A stretch of DNA of 64,000 nucleotides, taken from the NCBI RefSeq assembly GCF_009914755.1, contig NC_060932.1, one strand, 5' to 3'. The first letter of the stretch is position 1; every line of letters begins with the position of its first letter. Under the pieces are notes generated by a model that saw only the letters and a program-made list of their open reading frames with translations, was not told the DNA's origin and searched no databases. Shown in pieces: positions 48,250 through 63,020 of this stretch. This DNA comes from the human T2T-CHM13v2.0 reference genome, Homo sapiens. A program made the translations under genes and the position numbers.

Positions 48250-50470
48250 TACGTATATGGATGTATTAAATTACTGCATTTAATTAGTGCAGAAGCCACA
48301 TCACAATTTCATCTTACAAATGAGGAAGTTAAGTGACTTTCTCAAAGCATAAACATGGTAGTTACACAGCTGGCATGCAAAGCTAGGCTTTCAGACTAAA
48401 AGTTTCTTATGCTTCTCACTGTTTCTAAGTATTTTCAATATAAACATAATATATAAATTCAATATAAACATATTTGTCATCATTTAATATTTATAATATT
48501 AAGAAATCTCCTTTTAGTGCTTATGAAGTAGTAGAGAGCACACAAACAGTCCTCCATTTTAAGTAATAGTGCATTTCTTCTGACCAAGAGCTAAGATAAA
48601 TCACCATGGGATTAAGTGTTAACTATGTATAAGCCAAACATTGATTGTGCATATTCTCTCCACCTATAAATAATATTAAATGCATAGCTATACTTTAGAA
48701 AAGTATACAGAAATATATATTCTTCTCTTGAAAGAAGACTGTATATTTTACCAAAAGAGAAGAACAAATTTTTGAGAAACATGAATGAATATTTTTAGAC
48801 AACTGGAAGATGTGCCCCTATCACTTAAAGTCAGGGAAATTGCATTAGATAAAACTTTGTATTGCAAACTAACATGCAATGCCAATTAGTTCAGTCAAAA
48901 GGGAAAATGTATTGGTAGAACTAGGGAATTTCACATAACTGCTATACTGTTCAGTTGACTGTCATGGCTCACTGGAACTTCAAAAACTTTGCTCTCTCCA
49001 TCTCTCATCTCTTCTTTCTCACTAATTCTCTCAGATCACCTTCCTGTGCCTAATTGGAAACGTGACAACCTGCAGAGTTTATATCTTAAGGCTTTACAAT
49101 AGTGACAGACACCCTGCTTAGTTTAGCTTGAAAATTGTCAGCCCAAATTCTGATTTCCCAAGAGATCACCACCTTTAAATCAGGCAGACATTAAGAAAAA
49201 GCCAGGGTCACAAAGCACACAAATGACTACTGAGGTTCCAGGCCTGAGTATCAGAAAAATTACATTCATGATAGAACAGGAAGTGCAGGCATGCATAACA
49301 ATTCTAATTCTCTTTTTAAAGAAGGAATGAAATGATGGTGATAAAGGGAGGTTTTTTTAAATATAGTGAAGAGAAGTGGACATGAAGACTAAGTGTGATG
49401 TTCAATTATATATAGATGCATTCCAGCCATCTTGGTTTGGAGGTTGGTTAGGAAGTGAATATTTGTGAGGAAACTAGCACAAGAAATGCATTATCTCCTG
49501 GAGTTATAAAATCAACTGATCACTCCTTGCAATTTCCTCACACCACATTGGTCAGATTCCTAATACATACTATGGAACTCAGTCCTATCAACAGCACTCT
49601 CAACAGTAAAAGTTATTATAATTGCAATTGAATCAGAGCTTTGTGATTAATCACCCTAAAATTTAGAAGAGAATTCAGTATGAATCACGATAGTATCTCT
49701 GTTCGAATCACAAACACTAGAAGGCAACGTAACGAGAAGAAGCTACAAATGTTTAGCAAAGATGGAGTTAAGTATCTTGGTCCTACATAAAACAAAGTTA
49801 GCTAACAGGAATAACTCAAGCCCTCAAATGAATATCAACATGTTGAACTAGAAGAGTCATTAGCTTTCCCACATGCATCAGAGTTATGCCAAAACCTAAG
49901 AGTATGTCTGTCTCATTATTCTTCCATCTCCTTTGCTTTCTCTCACACTCCTACTTGCTTGCCAACATTTTCAACTAATGCTTCTAACTGTCTTACTTCC
50001 TCATAGGCTAAAAATGTAATAAGATACTAAAAAATATGGTTCTTTCTTTAGTAAGTTATTGGGTAGAGCAGGGTTTGATATTCTCATTCAGCTGTTTATA
50101 GCCAGGATTATGAAAGTCACTTTTGGCACTAAACTGAAGGCATGATGAATGGGGCAATGAGCAAGCAAAACAGAAAAGCAATTTCTCCCATATGAAGACT
50201 TTGCTATTTTAGTCATAAATAGCCTAGCTAAAGTTATACCACATATTACGGAAATGAAGATTGAATTAGTGAAAATGTTTGGTTTCAATATTTCAATTTT
50301 TCACTATTATTATCTTTTATTTATTTGAGGACTGATGATGGGTAATTGGCTTTATACAAGCTATTAGAGAAGACAGAGTTCCTCCCCTAACAGTTTCTTA
50401 TTAAAAGTGCACAAATTCAGGAAACAAGACATGGTTTACTTTATTAAGTGATTAGTTATTTTTTCCCCAG

Positions 50471-50551
50471 AGGTGAGACATTTTACTGCTAATTTTTCCC
50501 TACTTAAGAGAGGGGATGATTGATGCCATCACAAAAGACTTCCAAGGATAA
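50471..50551 (+). other. Candidate 81-nt exon
   Basis: Acceptor ttattttttccccag; donor TAA|gtgagt. Confidence 0.3.
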
Positions 50552-52276
50552 GTGAGTAATCCCTGGCAGAAACCCAATATTATAAAGGAAGGAAGCTTAA
50601 AATTCTTACTATAATATAAGGTTGGAGAAAGTATTACAATATTGGATGTGCCTAATTGGCAAATACTCATTTTATGTTACTAGACAACAACATCAACAAA
50701 AAATCTTCTAAACAAGAATACGAAGTCACTTTGGACAAAAATTCTATAATAAAAAAAGAAAAGAAAAATTTCAAAAGTAATTTTTTGTCACATAAACAAA
50801 ACATAGAAGCTACAAATGTTGGTCTAATAACCTTTCGATGAATTATCTTTTTTTAAAGACTAAGAGAAACTACTGTATTACCAATAATTTTTCATTATGT
50901 CATTTATAGAGGAAAAAAGAGACAAAGCTTTTCCTTGGCCTTTCCCCGCCGAAGTTGATGAAAAACTTAAGATGATGTTGTTTTCATTTCTGTGGAAAAT
51001 TGAATGAACACTGAAACTGTGCTTGTGAATTTATCTCTAATTAGTAGTGATTGATTGTATGCATAGTTGATAAATCATTTTTTTGGTGTAGAGACAAACA
51101 TTGATGCTTCCAAACGAATGCACAGATGGGAAATAAAACTGGGAGAGATAACTTCCAAAGATTCCCTACAGCATTTGAATTATGTTTTAAAAGATTTTTA
51201 TCATTCTGCCTTAAAAGCTTTGTGGGGTAGGATCTATTTTCCTTTTTATAGATTACACATGAGGCTACCTGTCTTTTCAGTCACCAAGTCTAAGGAAACC
51301 CCAGAAAATCCTTGTGCAAAAATGTTCCAAATACACTTCGGTCTAGGGCATTTTTATTTGGCAAACTTTTGCAACTTGTCAGAATTACTAAGTACGACAG
51401 TCTCCAATGTACTCACTGCCAGCCAGACAACAGAAAATACACACTGCAATAAAAGAATTTACAGTGTTTAAACACTTATTTTCAGGAGCAGAAAAACTAA
51501 TCAGCTCAACAAGAAGATGTAATACACTTCACGGTTAGAAGAAATTGTGCTCCACTTTTTCTCATCATTATTTTAAATAGCTCTAGTTTAAAGATATTCC
51601 ACACATTCAAGGAAAATCAGCAAGCAGTTATGGTAAACCACATGTCTTTGTTTCTACTGAAGATGAAAGCAATCCAAACTGAAAGACTGAGAAAGCTGAT
51701 GACTAAAATAAGTTTACATACACATTTCCTTGATAAAATAGAGCTTTTGCAGTTGTAAGTTACTCTTGTGTGAGGCCTCACTGTTAAAATATCATAATTG
51801 TGTTTTGTTCTTATTCCCTCCAGGGTAAATTTAAGATAACCCATTTGCAGGTGTACATTTAAAAACTCTGTTATTTCCTCTAATTTTTAAATTTATAGGC
51901 ATTTATAAGATGAATTTGAGCATCCAGAATAAATAAAAGTGCTCTTTTAAGTAATTTCAATGGTTACATCCAATAGAAAGAAGGATCTGCCAGGAAAAGA
52001 AGCCCTTAATCGGTTTCCCAGCCAAAGGAAAACATCACCAATAAAAACTATTCCCAGACCAGCAAGAACAAAGATCTTCATTCTCAAAGTGAAGGAAGCC
52101 AAAGACAACCAGAATGTTTATTGAAATCCAGGGAACAGCTTTGATTGCAGAATGTTCAATTTTTTAAGTGGAATTAAAATTTACTTTGTACATAGTTGCA
52201 ATTTACTGAAATTAGGAAGAGATGTATATGCTTACTATCTTTTCATAAAATTTCTTTTGCTTTGTGTACCTCCTTA

Positions 52277-54530
52277 TATACTTAGTCTTAACAGAATATG
52301 ACAGACTAGATAATTTATAGAGAAAAGAAATTTATTTCTCACAGTTCTACTGTCTTGGAAGTCTAATATCAAAGTGTCAGCATGCGGTGAAGGCCTTTGT
52401 GTTGCATTAACTCTTGGTGGAAGGTGGAAGGGTGAGAGAGAGAGAGAGAGAGAAAGGGGACTGAACTCAAATTTTTATAAGAAACCCATTCCATGACAAC
52501 TAACCCACTCTTGTGATAATAATATTAACATATTCATAAGCACAGAGCCCTTATGGCCTAATCATCCCTTAAAGGCCCCATTTCTCAACATTGTTGCCTT
52601 GGAGATTAAGTTTGCAACACATAAACTTTGGGGACACATCCAAAGCATAGTATTCTGCCCTTGAACCCCAACATTTCTTAAAATGCAAAATACATTTATT
52701 ACATTCCAATAGCCCCAAAGTCAAAGTCATACCTTATTCCAGCTCCAACTCATAAGTCAAAGTTCAAGATCTCATGTAAATCAGATATGAGTGAGATTCA
52801 AGGCACAGTACATACACTCTGAGACAAATTCCTTTTAGCTGTGAGCCTAAAGTTAAACAAGTTATCTACTTCAAATATTTAATGGTGGGACAGGGATGGG
52901 ATAGGCATTTCCATTGCAAAAAAAGAGAAATAGGCAAGAAGAAGGGAGTAACTGTTCCCAAGTAAGTCTAAGACCCAACAGAAAAAAAACAACACTGAAT
53001 CTTAAGATTCCAGAATACTCTTTCACTCCATGTGCCACCACATGGACACACTGCAGCAAGGGTTGGGTGCCCAAGGCCTTCCAGAGCCAAACCCCCATGG
53101 CTTTGCTGGGCTCAGTCCACACTTCAGCTCTTTCCTGTTGGCGTCTCATGATTGCAGCTCTCCCAGCCTGGTGTTGCACACTGGTAGCTCTATAGTTCTG
53201 GGGTCTCAGTGCCAGTCCCATTCCCATGGCTCCTCTAGGCATTATCTGGGCAGAAACTCTCTGTGGAAGCTCCACCCCAGTGGCATGTTTCCGCCTGGGC
53301 CATCAGGCTGTCTATGACTACCCTTGAAATCTAGGTAAAGGCCACCATGGCCTTGCAGCTCTTGCATTTGGCATGCCTGCAGAATTAGCACCATGTGAAT
53401 GCTGCCATGGTAGATGGCTTGTACCTTCCAGAACAGCAGGACCATCTGCACGTGGGCCCACTTGAGCCAAGGCTGGGATGGCCAAGGAGTGCTGTGCTGG
53501 AATGCAGGGAGCTAACACTTGAGGCAGCACAGGGCAAGTCACCTCTCTGGAAACCTTGCCTTCCAGGATCTAGCTTGACTCAAATATCTCTGAAATGCCT
53601 TAAGGGTCAGTCCCTCATTGTCTTGATAAATGGCATCTGGCTCCTTCTATTTTTACTAATCTCTTTAGCAGATGTTTGCTTGACTGAATTCTTGCTTTGC
53701 ACTCTTAAATATGCCTTTTTTACTCTGCATGGTCAGGTTGGACATTTCTCAAATTTTTATGTTGTTTTTCTTTTAATTGTGACTTCTGTCTTTAAAACAG
53801 TTTTCTCTTTTCATATCTTATGATTTGCAATAAAAAGTAGTTGTGTTGCTTCTTCAATATTTCCCTTAGCAATTTCTTCTGTCAGATATCCTACCTTATC
53901 ACTTTTAAATTTTGCCTTCTATAAAGTCTTTGGCCATAAACACAATTCAGCCAAGGTTTTTGCTAGTTTATAACAAATAGAGGTTTTACCCCAATTTCTA
54001 ATATCTTGTTCCTTAGTTTCTTCTGAGACCACATCAGAATGGCTTCTACTGTCCATATTTCTACCATTTTGATCACAACCACTGAAGTAAAGAAGTTTCA
54101 TACTTTTTCTACATTTCTTGTCTTCTTATGAGACATCATTGGAATTAACCTTAATGCTCCACTCAAGGCAATCTAGGATTTTTTTAGCCTACTCTTCCAA
54201 ATTCCCCCAGCCTCTATCCAAAGCTGCTTCTATATTTTCAGGCATTTGTTACAGCCATAGCTCCAATTCTCAGTATCAATTTTATGACTTAATTTGTTTT
54301 ATGTTGCTATAACAGAATACCATGGACTAGGACATTTATTAATAATAAAAATTTATTTGGCTCAAGATTCGGTAGGGTAGGAAGTCCAAGATCAAGAGGA
54401 CTCATTTGCTGAAGGCCTTCTTGCTGGGTCATAACATGGTGAAAGGCATCACGTGGAGAGAGAAAGCAAGCAAGAGAAAGCAAAATTCACTCTTAGAACC
54501 AACATAGTCTTGTAATAATGACTTTAATTT
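52277..54530 (-). mobile_element. MST-family MaLR element: LTR (52277-52652), internal region, truncated second LTR (~54281-54530)
   Basis: Both LTRs share aacagaata...gactag...atttatt...ggaagtc.aa.atcaa; typical MaLR internal sequence between them. Confidence 0.88.
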
Positions 54531-54534
54531 ATTC

Positions 54535-54616
54535 TTTTTTTGAGACAAGATCCTGCTGTGTCACCCAGGCTGAAGTGAAGTGGCACAATCATAGCTTACT
54601 GCAGCCTCAACATCCA
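54535..54616 (-). mobile_element. Alu fragment (3' ~80 bp, J-like)
   Basis: ttttgagacaagatcctgctgtgtcacccaggctg...gcagcctcaac, then an abrupt end. Confidence 0.85.
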
Positions 54617-54740
54617 GTGAAATCTCAGAGGTTTTAAATCACAGGAACTTGAGAACAGGGGTAAATAGCATAATTCACACATTAATCTACTCAGTTTGGG
54701 AATAATTTTATAGTATGAATCCCAATATATGCTATTCTTT

Positions 54741-55098
54741 CTCTCGAAAGGAACAAAATAGAAATTATATATCTCAATTTAGCATAAAGAAATTAAAATT
54801 TTCACATCACAATATCACAAGGCAATGAACACTGAAAATGGGACAGAGAACTCCAGGGTTAAAATAGTAAATAGTCATTATTAGTTGGTTACAGTTAATA
54901 GACCAGAGTATATTATTTGTATTTGGTTGCATAGAACGGTTGACTAAATTCATGCTTTATATTCTCAATTCATTGTGTTGCAGCGTGGCTTTAGGCTTGA
55001 AAATGTTCAATCATGTCTTTCAATTGTACTTGGCCAGCCAAAATAGGAAAAAAGATAATCAATGACTCTTCATGTGGTTTGGTATAAGGCTAAGCCAG
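54741..55098 (+). repeat. 358-bp local duplication, copy 1
   Basis: Matches 57037-57394 at roughly 93-94% by manual alignment. Confidence 0.95.
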
Positions 55099-57036
55099 AG
55101 TCAGTCTTTGTACACACATTAATGTAGTCAGCACATTGTCATCTAATGGTTACAGCATTTGTTAATCACAAAAAGTGTAACCAAGATTAAAAACTTTAAA
55201 TCCATTTTGCTATATATTTTCCATTCTAAACCTCAAGGTAGATATATGCAAAGTGGACAAACTGCATTAAAGCTTCTAGATTAAATTTTTCTGACTACCT
55301 GAGATAGTACATCAATGAACTGCAGTGGCTCTTTTTGCATAAAATGATGAGCCTCAGCCTCTGGCATCCTTTTCTCCTTAGTTCCCCTCTTGCTTGTCCT
55401 CTCAAGTTTGAAACCTATCTGCTTACAGCAAAAATGATTTAAGACAAGTACAAAGGCGTACCACATTAAAAAACGTCTTCTTTAAAGAATTCCAAGACTT
55501 TGGCAGAGGATGCAAAAATCTTTAACTTCTCTTACATGACTGAACACAAGCTTTCAACCAATTCTCCTTCCCACAGCCTAGCATTATGATATAATAGTAT
55601 CTTTAGCTTTGGCTTAGTATTTTTATTTCCTGTCTCATTTTTACAAATTGAGTTAGGGCTTGTGGAGGAGAGTGCCAAGTTTCCCATTGTAATTGTAGTA
55701 TGTCACCAGTAACATTCTTACATTTATTTTAAAAATTGAGACTTGTCAACAGCTGATGGACAACCTAACAAGGTAGCTTTCCTATTAATTTTAACTTCGT
55801 TACTAGAACCAGAAGATTATTTATCTGAATATATGTAACCATTGGGAAAAAAATCCTGATTTAAGACTCAAGAGACGTGGCTATGTTTAGGTCTTTGTTT
55901 CAAGCAATATAAAATTTACCCTAGGACAATGTTTGGAGCTGTATTATATGACGTGTTTGTAATCCATATTTCTTTGGATTTTACCTCTACTTGCTATTGC
56001 TGGACTCAACTCCTTGCAAAATTCCGATTTTGAAGACTCTTCTAAGGAATTTTCATATGACTTTGCAGAAATGTCTGAGTAGGTATAGTTTATTTTTTCC
56101 CCACTTCAGGGTTTCCTATTGTTCTGTCACTAATATAGGCTCATCACACCACTGAGAAATATACTGCCTTGAGATCACTTTTACTGTACTTCTACAGGGA
56201 GCCTTGGTCTTCTGCCTTTATCTGTCACCTCTCATGATTTTTTTTTTTTTTTTTTTTTTTACCAAGAAGCATCCTTAACCAGTTATCTTTGCTTTCCAGA
56301 TGGTATCACCATCTCTTGTTGGGCACCACTGCTAATCCTGTTGTGATCCTGATGTACCCTTATTATAGGGTGTTCTGTGGCAAAGTGGTCAGCTAATTCT
56401 CCTTCTTTGTTTTTAAGATTCTCTTTCAAAGTAGTTCTAAGACAGTGTATCCTGTTCTGTGAGAACTATAGAAGTATCAGTGAAACAATCATTTTAACTT
56501 CATACTAAAAATTGTGATTCCTTCTCTTCCTTTTTTCACCATTCTCGTAAGAGTAAGATGTGAGCTGATGGGATACTGTACCAAGAAAGAAATATGAGTA
56601 TAACTCACCTAGGTCAGAGTCATCCATACATTATAATAATTAATGCTTTCTTGCCAGGTTAAGCTTCTCTCTCTAACCCTGAAAAAGTCTTAGCTTCTCA
56701 AGCCAATAGACTTCTGATGAGATCTTTTACCTGAATCAAAACATTAGAATTCGTAGGTATAAGGCTTATTGTATGTAAAGCAAGGGATTGTATATGATGA
56801 TCCCTAGGGGCTTTATGTAAATATGGCTCCCTATGGTCCTCTGCTCTTACACACTCTTCTGCATTTATTAATGCCTTTATATTACTTATTTTAAACTTAG
56901 TCTTACTTTCAAAATAATAATGAGTGTTTGAATTTCTCTAAACTATTTTCATATTTTAATGTAAATTTAGTTAAGATCTTTCTACGTTTTGAAGGTCTCA
57001 GAAGGGCCTATACAGCAAAATTATATTCTGTACTTA

Positions 57037-57394
57037 CTCTCGAAAGGAACAAGGTATAAATTGTATATCTCAATTTAGCATAAAGAAATTAAAATTTTCA
57101 CATCACAATGTCAGGAGGCAATGAACACTGAAAATGGGACAGAGAACTCCAGGGTTAAAACAGTAAATAGTCATTATTAGTTGGTTACAGTGAATAGACC
57201 AGAGTATATGATTTGCATTTGTATTTTAGAATGGTTGACTAAATTCATGCTTTATATTCTCACTTTATTGTGTTGCAGAGTGGCTTTAGCCTTAAAAATG
57301 TTCAATCATGTCTTTCAATTGTACTTGGCCAGCCAAAATAGGAAAAAAAGATAATCAATGACTCTTCATGTGGTTTGGTATAAGGCTAAGCCAG
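57037..57394 (+). repeat. 358-bp local duplication, copy 2
   Basis: ctctcgaaaggaacaa...ggtataaggctaagccag shared with 54741-55098. Confidence 0.95.
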
Positions 57395-58409
57395 TGTGTT
57401 GGAGGAACTATACTTTTTGTATACTAGGGCAATATTAATTACCATTTATGTGTAATAAATTGACCTAAAATAAGAGTCATCTCTAAAAACACACCACCAA
57501 CCATAAAATAATACTTATTGACAGATAAAAACTTCCCCCAATTAGTATGTTTCTCTTTTATCTCAGAAATATATTTTTAAATTTTACATTAATGAAATAC
57601 AAAGTTAATCACTATTTCATGAAAACCAAAATATGTACATTTGTTCAATGGATACAAATTTAATAGATGAAAATATAAGCTTATTCTTTGCTATTATGAT
57701 GAAATTCTTAATCAGGCACATGCAATAAAATCAATTCTTCAAACTTTCGTTCTGCTTGCTTTTAATAACATAACATCAAAAAAGAAGAGATCCTTATGGA
57801 AGAGTATAACATTATTGAATATGCTGTGACAGGCATGTAATTGATTATTTAATTTTTGCTCCGCAATTTTGTTGATATAAATGTTGCCCTTTACATTTTC
57901 TGATAGTGTATTTGATTTTTATTAATATGTATGCATGCACTAACATATCTCAGTAGAAATATGGTTATGGATTTGCAAAAATAAATGAGATGCAGCCAAC
58001 TCAGGGATATGTAGGGGAGGGCAGGAATCAGGAATGAGACTCATTTAGTGCAATGAGACAAGGTTTCTATAGCAATGTCCTAAAAGTTTCTGATTCACAA
58101 AAAATTAATTAAAGCTGTAGATATTCTCAACATAAATACACACACACACACACAATTAAATATGTATTTTTAAAACAGCCACAGATTTTCTATCCATGAA
58201 GCAAGAAACTTAGTTAAAGTTTTAAAAAAATCTAAATAAAGTTTGCCAACTTTTGTGGGACAACCAGAAATACAGGTGCTATGACAATGACCAGGCAGAC
58301 AAAAAAATATTGCAATTGAAAAAATAATAAAAGTGACTAGGGATTTTCTACTTCCATAGTAACCACGCTATTCCTACATGCTTTGTAAAAATCTACTGAA
58401 AGAGAATAT

Positions 58410-58670
58410 TATTATTATCATTATTTATTAACTATGGGCCAGTTGTCATCTAAAGTACTTCACATATGCAAAACATAATAATAATCCACCCAAGTCTATT
58501 GGGAAGCTGTTCTTTTGCTCACCACTCTAAAGATGGTGAAGTGCAGGTGGAGAAACTAAGGTTAAAAAGAAATAGAGTAAGTTCCTAAATCATCCAAAGA
58601 TTAAGTAGCAGGATCTGGATTTAAACTCAAGCCATCCTGTTTCAGACTAAAAGCTTTTAACCATTATGAT
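58410..58670 (-). mobile_element. MIR
   Basis: gaaactaaggtt...ccaaag...taagtagcaggatctggatttaaactcaag. Confidence 0.6.
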
Positions 58671-59866
58671 ATATCACCCTAGTGTATGCTGGCCAGTACA
58701 GAGCATCACTGTAAGAGCAGATAACATTGGAAAATGCAAGGGAAATAATTTAGTAACAGTTGGTTTCTCTGGCCTCAAGGTAAAAGATCTACAGCCCTGA
58801 GAACATATAAGAGGCTTTATTCCAGTCCCAGATAAGGGAGAAATGGCCCCTAGGAAAGAGGGCTTATACCTACATGGATACGAATATTAGGTGACAAGAG
58901 AGGAGCCTAATTAGTAGAACCGATGTAGATGGAAGGAAGTCGATCTCAGAACAGGAGTCTAATTAAAATAAATGGTACGGCAAATTAATAAATTAATATC
59001 ATCATTCCCCCAAAGCCCATAAATTCCTTCTTTCTGGCATTAGCCTTGGACTCGTCAGTTATTCCAGTATTTGAGGTGGAGGAGATGTACAAAGCTGTGC
59101 ATTTTTGAAAATAAATATTTGTCTAGTAAAAATCATTATATAATTGTATGAAGACAGTTGACTAGAGTCTTTCTCATTACTCAATAACTGTTCAAAGGGG
59201 AGAATCTGTTCATTTAAAATATATCTTAAGAGGAACATTTAAAAGATTGGCTAATAAATCATAAAGCCATAAAGTGGGGAATGTTTCTCTTTTGGCAACT
59301 TTCAGAAACAAAGGTTAATTACTGTTATCTATACATATTCACTTCCTAAAGAACAAGTCTTAAGGTATGAATCTGTTGAATTTTGAAGATGAATATTTTC
59401 TCAACAACCATTGTGAAAAAAAGGATATAAGTGTGTAGCCATTGTTATTCTAGAATGGTAGGCTCATAGTCAGAATATTGCTGTTCCTAAGTAATACAGG
59501 GCATGTTAATACAGTGCAAGACTTTAAATGGGCCAGAGATAAATCTATCATTGTGAAAAAATTGTATCTAGGAAGATGAACATATTTTAATAAGTATTTA
59601 AGGGAAAGAAAAAAAAGCTGATGTTTTGGTGTTGGTGACCATTAAAATCTAGAAATGCATTACAATTATTTGCAACTTGAAACCTAGATTTAAGAAAATT
59701 ACTATTTTGATGGGGGAAAATAAGTATGTCTGTTGAAAACAATAAGTGAAGAAAGACTGGTCATGTGCAGAAAAGTTTACAATTTTTTATTTCCACAATG
59801 CAATGAAATTAGAGATGTCTATATTAAAGCTGCAAAGACAGAGATAAACTTTATAAATAAAAAACA

Positions 59867-60190
59867 GGCCCAGTGCGGTGACTCACGCCTGTAATCCCAG
59901 CCCTTTGGGAGGCCGAGATGGGTGGATCACCTGAAGTCAGGAGTTTGAGACCAGCCTGGCCAACATGACGAAACCCCGTCTCTACTGAAAGTACAAAAAT
60001 TAGCTCGGGGTGGTGGCTGGCACCTGTAATCCCAGCTACTCAGGAGGCTGAGTCAGGAGAAGCTTGAACCTGGGAGGCGGAGGTTGCAGTAAGCTGAGAT
60101 TGCGCCACTGCACTCTAGCCTGGGCGAAAAGAGCGAGACTCTGTTTCAAAAAAAAAAAAAGAAAGAAAACCAAAAAACAGAAAAAAACAA
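59867..60190 (+). mobile_element. AluSx-type
   Basis: Full dimer with A-rich tail. Confidence 0.95.
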
Positions 60191-60677
60191 AGCCATAAGT
60201 TGTTTTCCAATAGTTAAATAAATTCAAATGATAGGCTACAATCAATTAAATTTAAATCCAAATAATGTGAGGTAATCATAGTCTTAATCTGAAATAAAGA
60301 ATTTTCAAATATCTGCATATTAATATAAAGTTTTTGTGTTGCTATACTTGGAGATGAAAATTATCTGGTATATCAATGCATTTTAGTCATTATATAAAGA
60401 AATATATATTGAGATGTGTTAAAGATAACTGTTCTAGGCTCTAAGGACATAGTAATAGACAAATCAGAATCTCATCTGTAAAGAGATTATGGTTTAACAG
60501 AGCATATCTATATATATAAAACGCTAATTCAGAGAAATGTTATTGACAAATATTTTGATAAGATAGTGTTTCATAGTCAAAGAGCTTTAGGAAAATAGCT
60601 TTTGCTCCGTTTCTTGAATGATATTTTCTCATATGTGAACAAGCATCTTCTTTAGGAGCTAGTTAAAGGGCAAAAAT

Positions 60678-60992
<315 letters not shown>

Positions 60993-61482
60993 TCATAATT
61001 ACCCTTAAAAGTCTTCTAAATCTTCCACAAAATACATAGCTAAAAGTATAAATCATTATGGAAGATAATATGTAGTCTGAATTCAGCACTAGACCATGTT
61101 ATTATTTTGTTGGCAGAGGACCATGTGAAATATTTGGCTTGGATTTAGAAGCCAAGTTGTCTTTGAAAACACCTGTCTTTAAACATTACAACATGGCCAG
61201 ATGCTTCCTTCTGGAAAAGTGTATGGCGACTTATACCAGTTTATCAAAAAGTAAATTTTATTTCCAACATCAACTTTACTCTGGAGCAAATCAAGTACAT
61301 CAGTAGGTAGAATCACTTGCAGTATTTATGTATTTTTATTATATCTGTCTATGTACTTGTTTTATTTTTCTCATTCACCTACTTTAATTCATTGAATCAT
61401 GCAAGTTGCATGTTTGATGACATTTCCCTTTAAAGATAGGTGTTTCTGCTAGTTTAACTTTATAGTTTTTATACTGAACATG

Positions 61483-61484
<2 letters not shown>

Positions 61485-61513
<29 letters not shown>
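61485..61513. repeat. (GT)n microsatellite
   Basis: About 14 GT units. Confidence 0.95.
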
Positions 61514-61518
<5 letters not shown>

Positions 61519-62699
61519 TAGCTCCTAGAAATATTGTCCCACAAAGCAGAGTTACTCTAATGAGCAAAACCAGTAACTTTACAAACAGTATTTGGTGAGG
61601 GGTGATGGAGAACAAAAATGCTAGATATATTAAGGTTTTATATTTATTCATAATTATAAATATTTTTAATAATCTTCACTTTATTTTAAAGTCTCTTTGA
61701 AACTGTCTTAGAATTAAAATATGCAAATGTTGTTGAGTCTAACAATTTCTATGAAATTACTAAACTTCCTTTAGTAATTTCCAATTAATGTTCCAATTAA
61801 CATTAATCTAGTAAACTTGAAAACTGAGAAACATTGAAATCTAACAATTAGTCTATAAATAAAATAACAAGCACTTGAGGTGAATTCAGAAACATGTACT
61901 GTTACTCAGGTATTCATTAATTATGCTTCAAGGAAGAGTGCTTTAAGGGAGAGGGAGAAGTAATAAGATGAATTATTTATAAATATTTAGTCTTATATGA
62001 GCAAGACACTCTTCTAATACTGACCATGAGTTTACCCTCCTTAATACAACCTTATCATGACCTTTATTAATGTTCATTAAAAGAAAATTATATATACCAT
62101 GCATATTTGATGAGAAATATAAATAATTTTATATTCAATAGCTCCATCAAGATTTATCATAACAACATAATTTCACTTATAAATATATATTGAGTGTTTT
62201 TTCACATTCTTCCAAATATTGCCATTGACCAAAGTTAAAAGAAATGACAATTTGATTTGTCATTTTACTATCCAGTCTCTTAAAGAATGTAATTTAAATA
62301 TAGTGTTTAACTATATAAACACATTTGATTATATGTAACAATGGAATAGGAAGATGAGAAGACTGAAAAAGCAGATTTTTTTAAGGCATAGAGTAAAGAG
62401 ACTGTCAAGGGAAGAGCAATTACCAAGATATAATTATTCCTTTGAAGACTCATAAATTCATCAGAGATATTATGAACAACTGACACCTCAGCACAAATTA
62501 ATTTATCAGTCTAACTTGCCTCATTTTTATGAAGGCCATAAGGGAATTGACAGTGTAGGTTAATTTTTTTTCTTAAAAGCAGACCTGGAACATCTATTTG
62601 TGTAGGTTAATTTTGAAGGGTAGAAAGAGCTTAAGGAATGGGATTAAGAAAAGAAAGGATGGATAGAAGTGGAAGAGTTGAGAATATTATCCATTTATC

Positions 62700-63020
62700 A
62701 GTTACCTGGTACAGAATTATGGGATAAAATGAAGGAGAAAAATATGGAAAATAAATAGTGAGACTCTGAGTTGTTATTAATAATAATATTTATTATATAC
62801 TTAAAGTTTGCTAAGAGAGTGAGATCCTTCTCACCACCCACCCACACACACATAAGAGGTAACTATGTGAAATGATGGGTGTGTTAATTAACTTGATTGT
62901 GGTAATCATTTCATAATGTGTGTATATACATATTATCAACCCATCACATTAAACACCTTAAATATATACAATTATTTTTCAATTGTACCTTCATAAAGCT
63001 AGGGAAAGAATAAAATAAAA
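62700..63020 (+). mobile_element. L1MA/MB 3' end
   Basis: tttgctaagagagt...aactatgtga..tgatgg...cttgattgtggtaatcatttc. Confidence 0.75.

Noticed and set aside
51067-51471. 134-aa ORF
   Set aside because: Non-ATG start, no recognisable homology or splice structure
52871-53823. Overlapping ORFs of 70-140 aa on both strands
   Set aside because: GC-richer MaLR internal sequence; not an intact retroviral gene
56238-56387. Orphan T23 tract as a retrocopy tail, and the adjacent exon-like segment 56300-56387
   Set aside because: No TSD or polyA signal found; the donor gtcagc is weak
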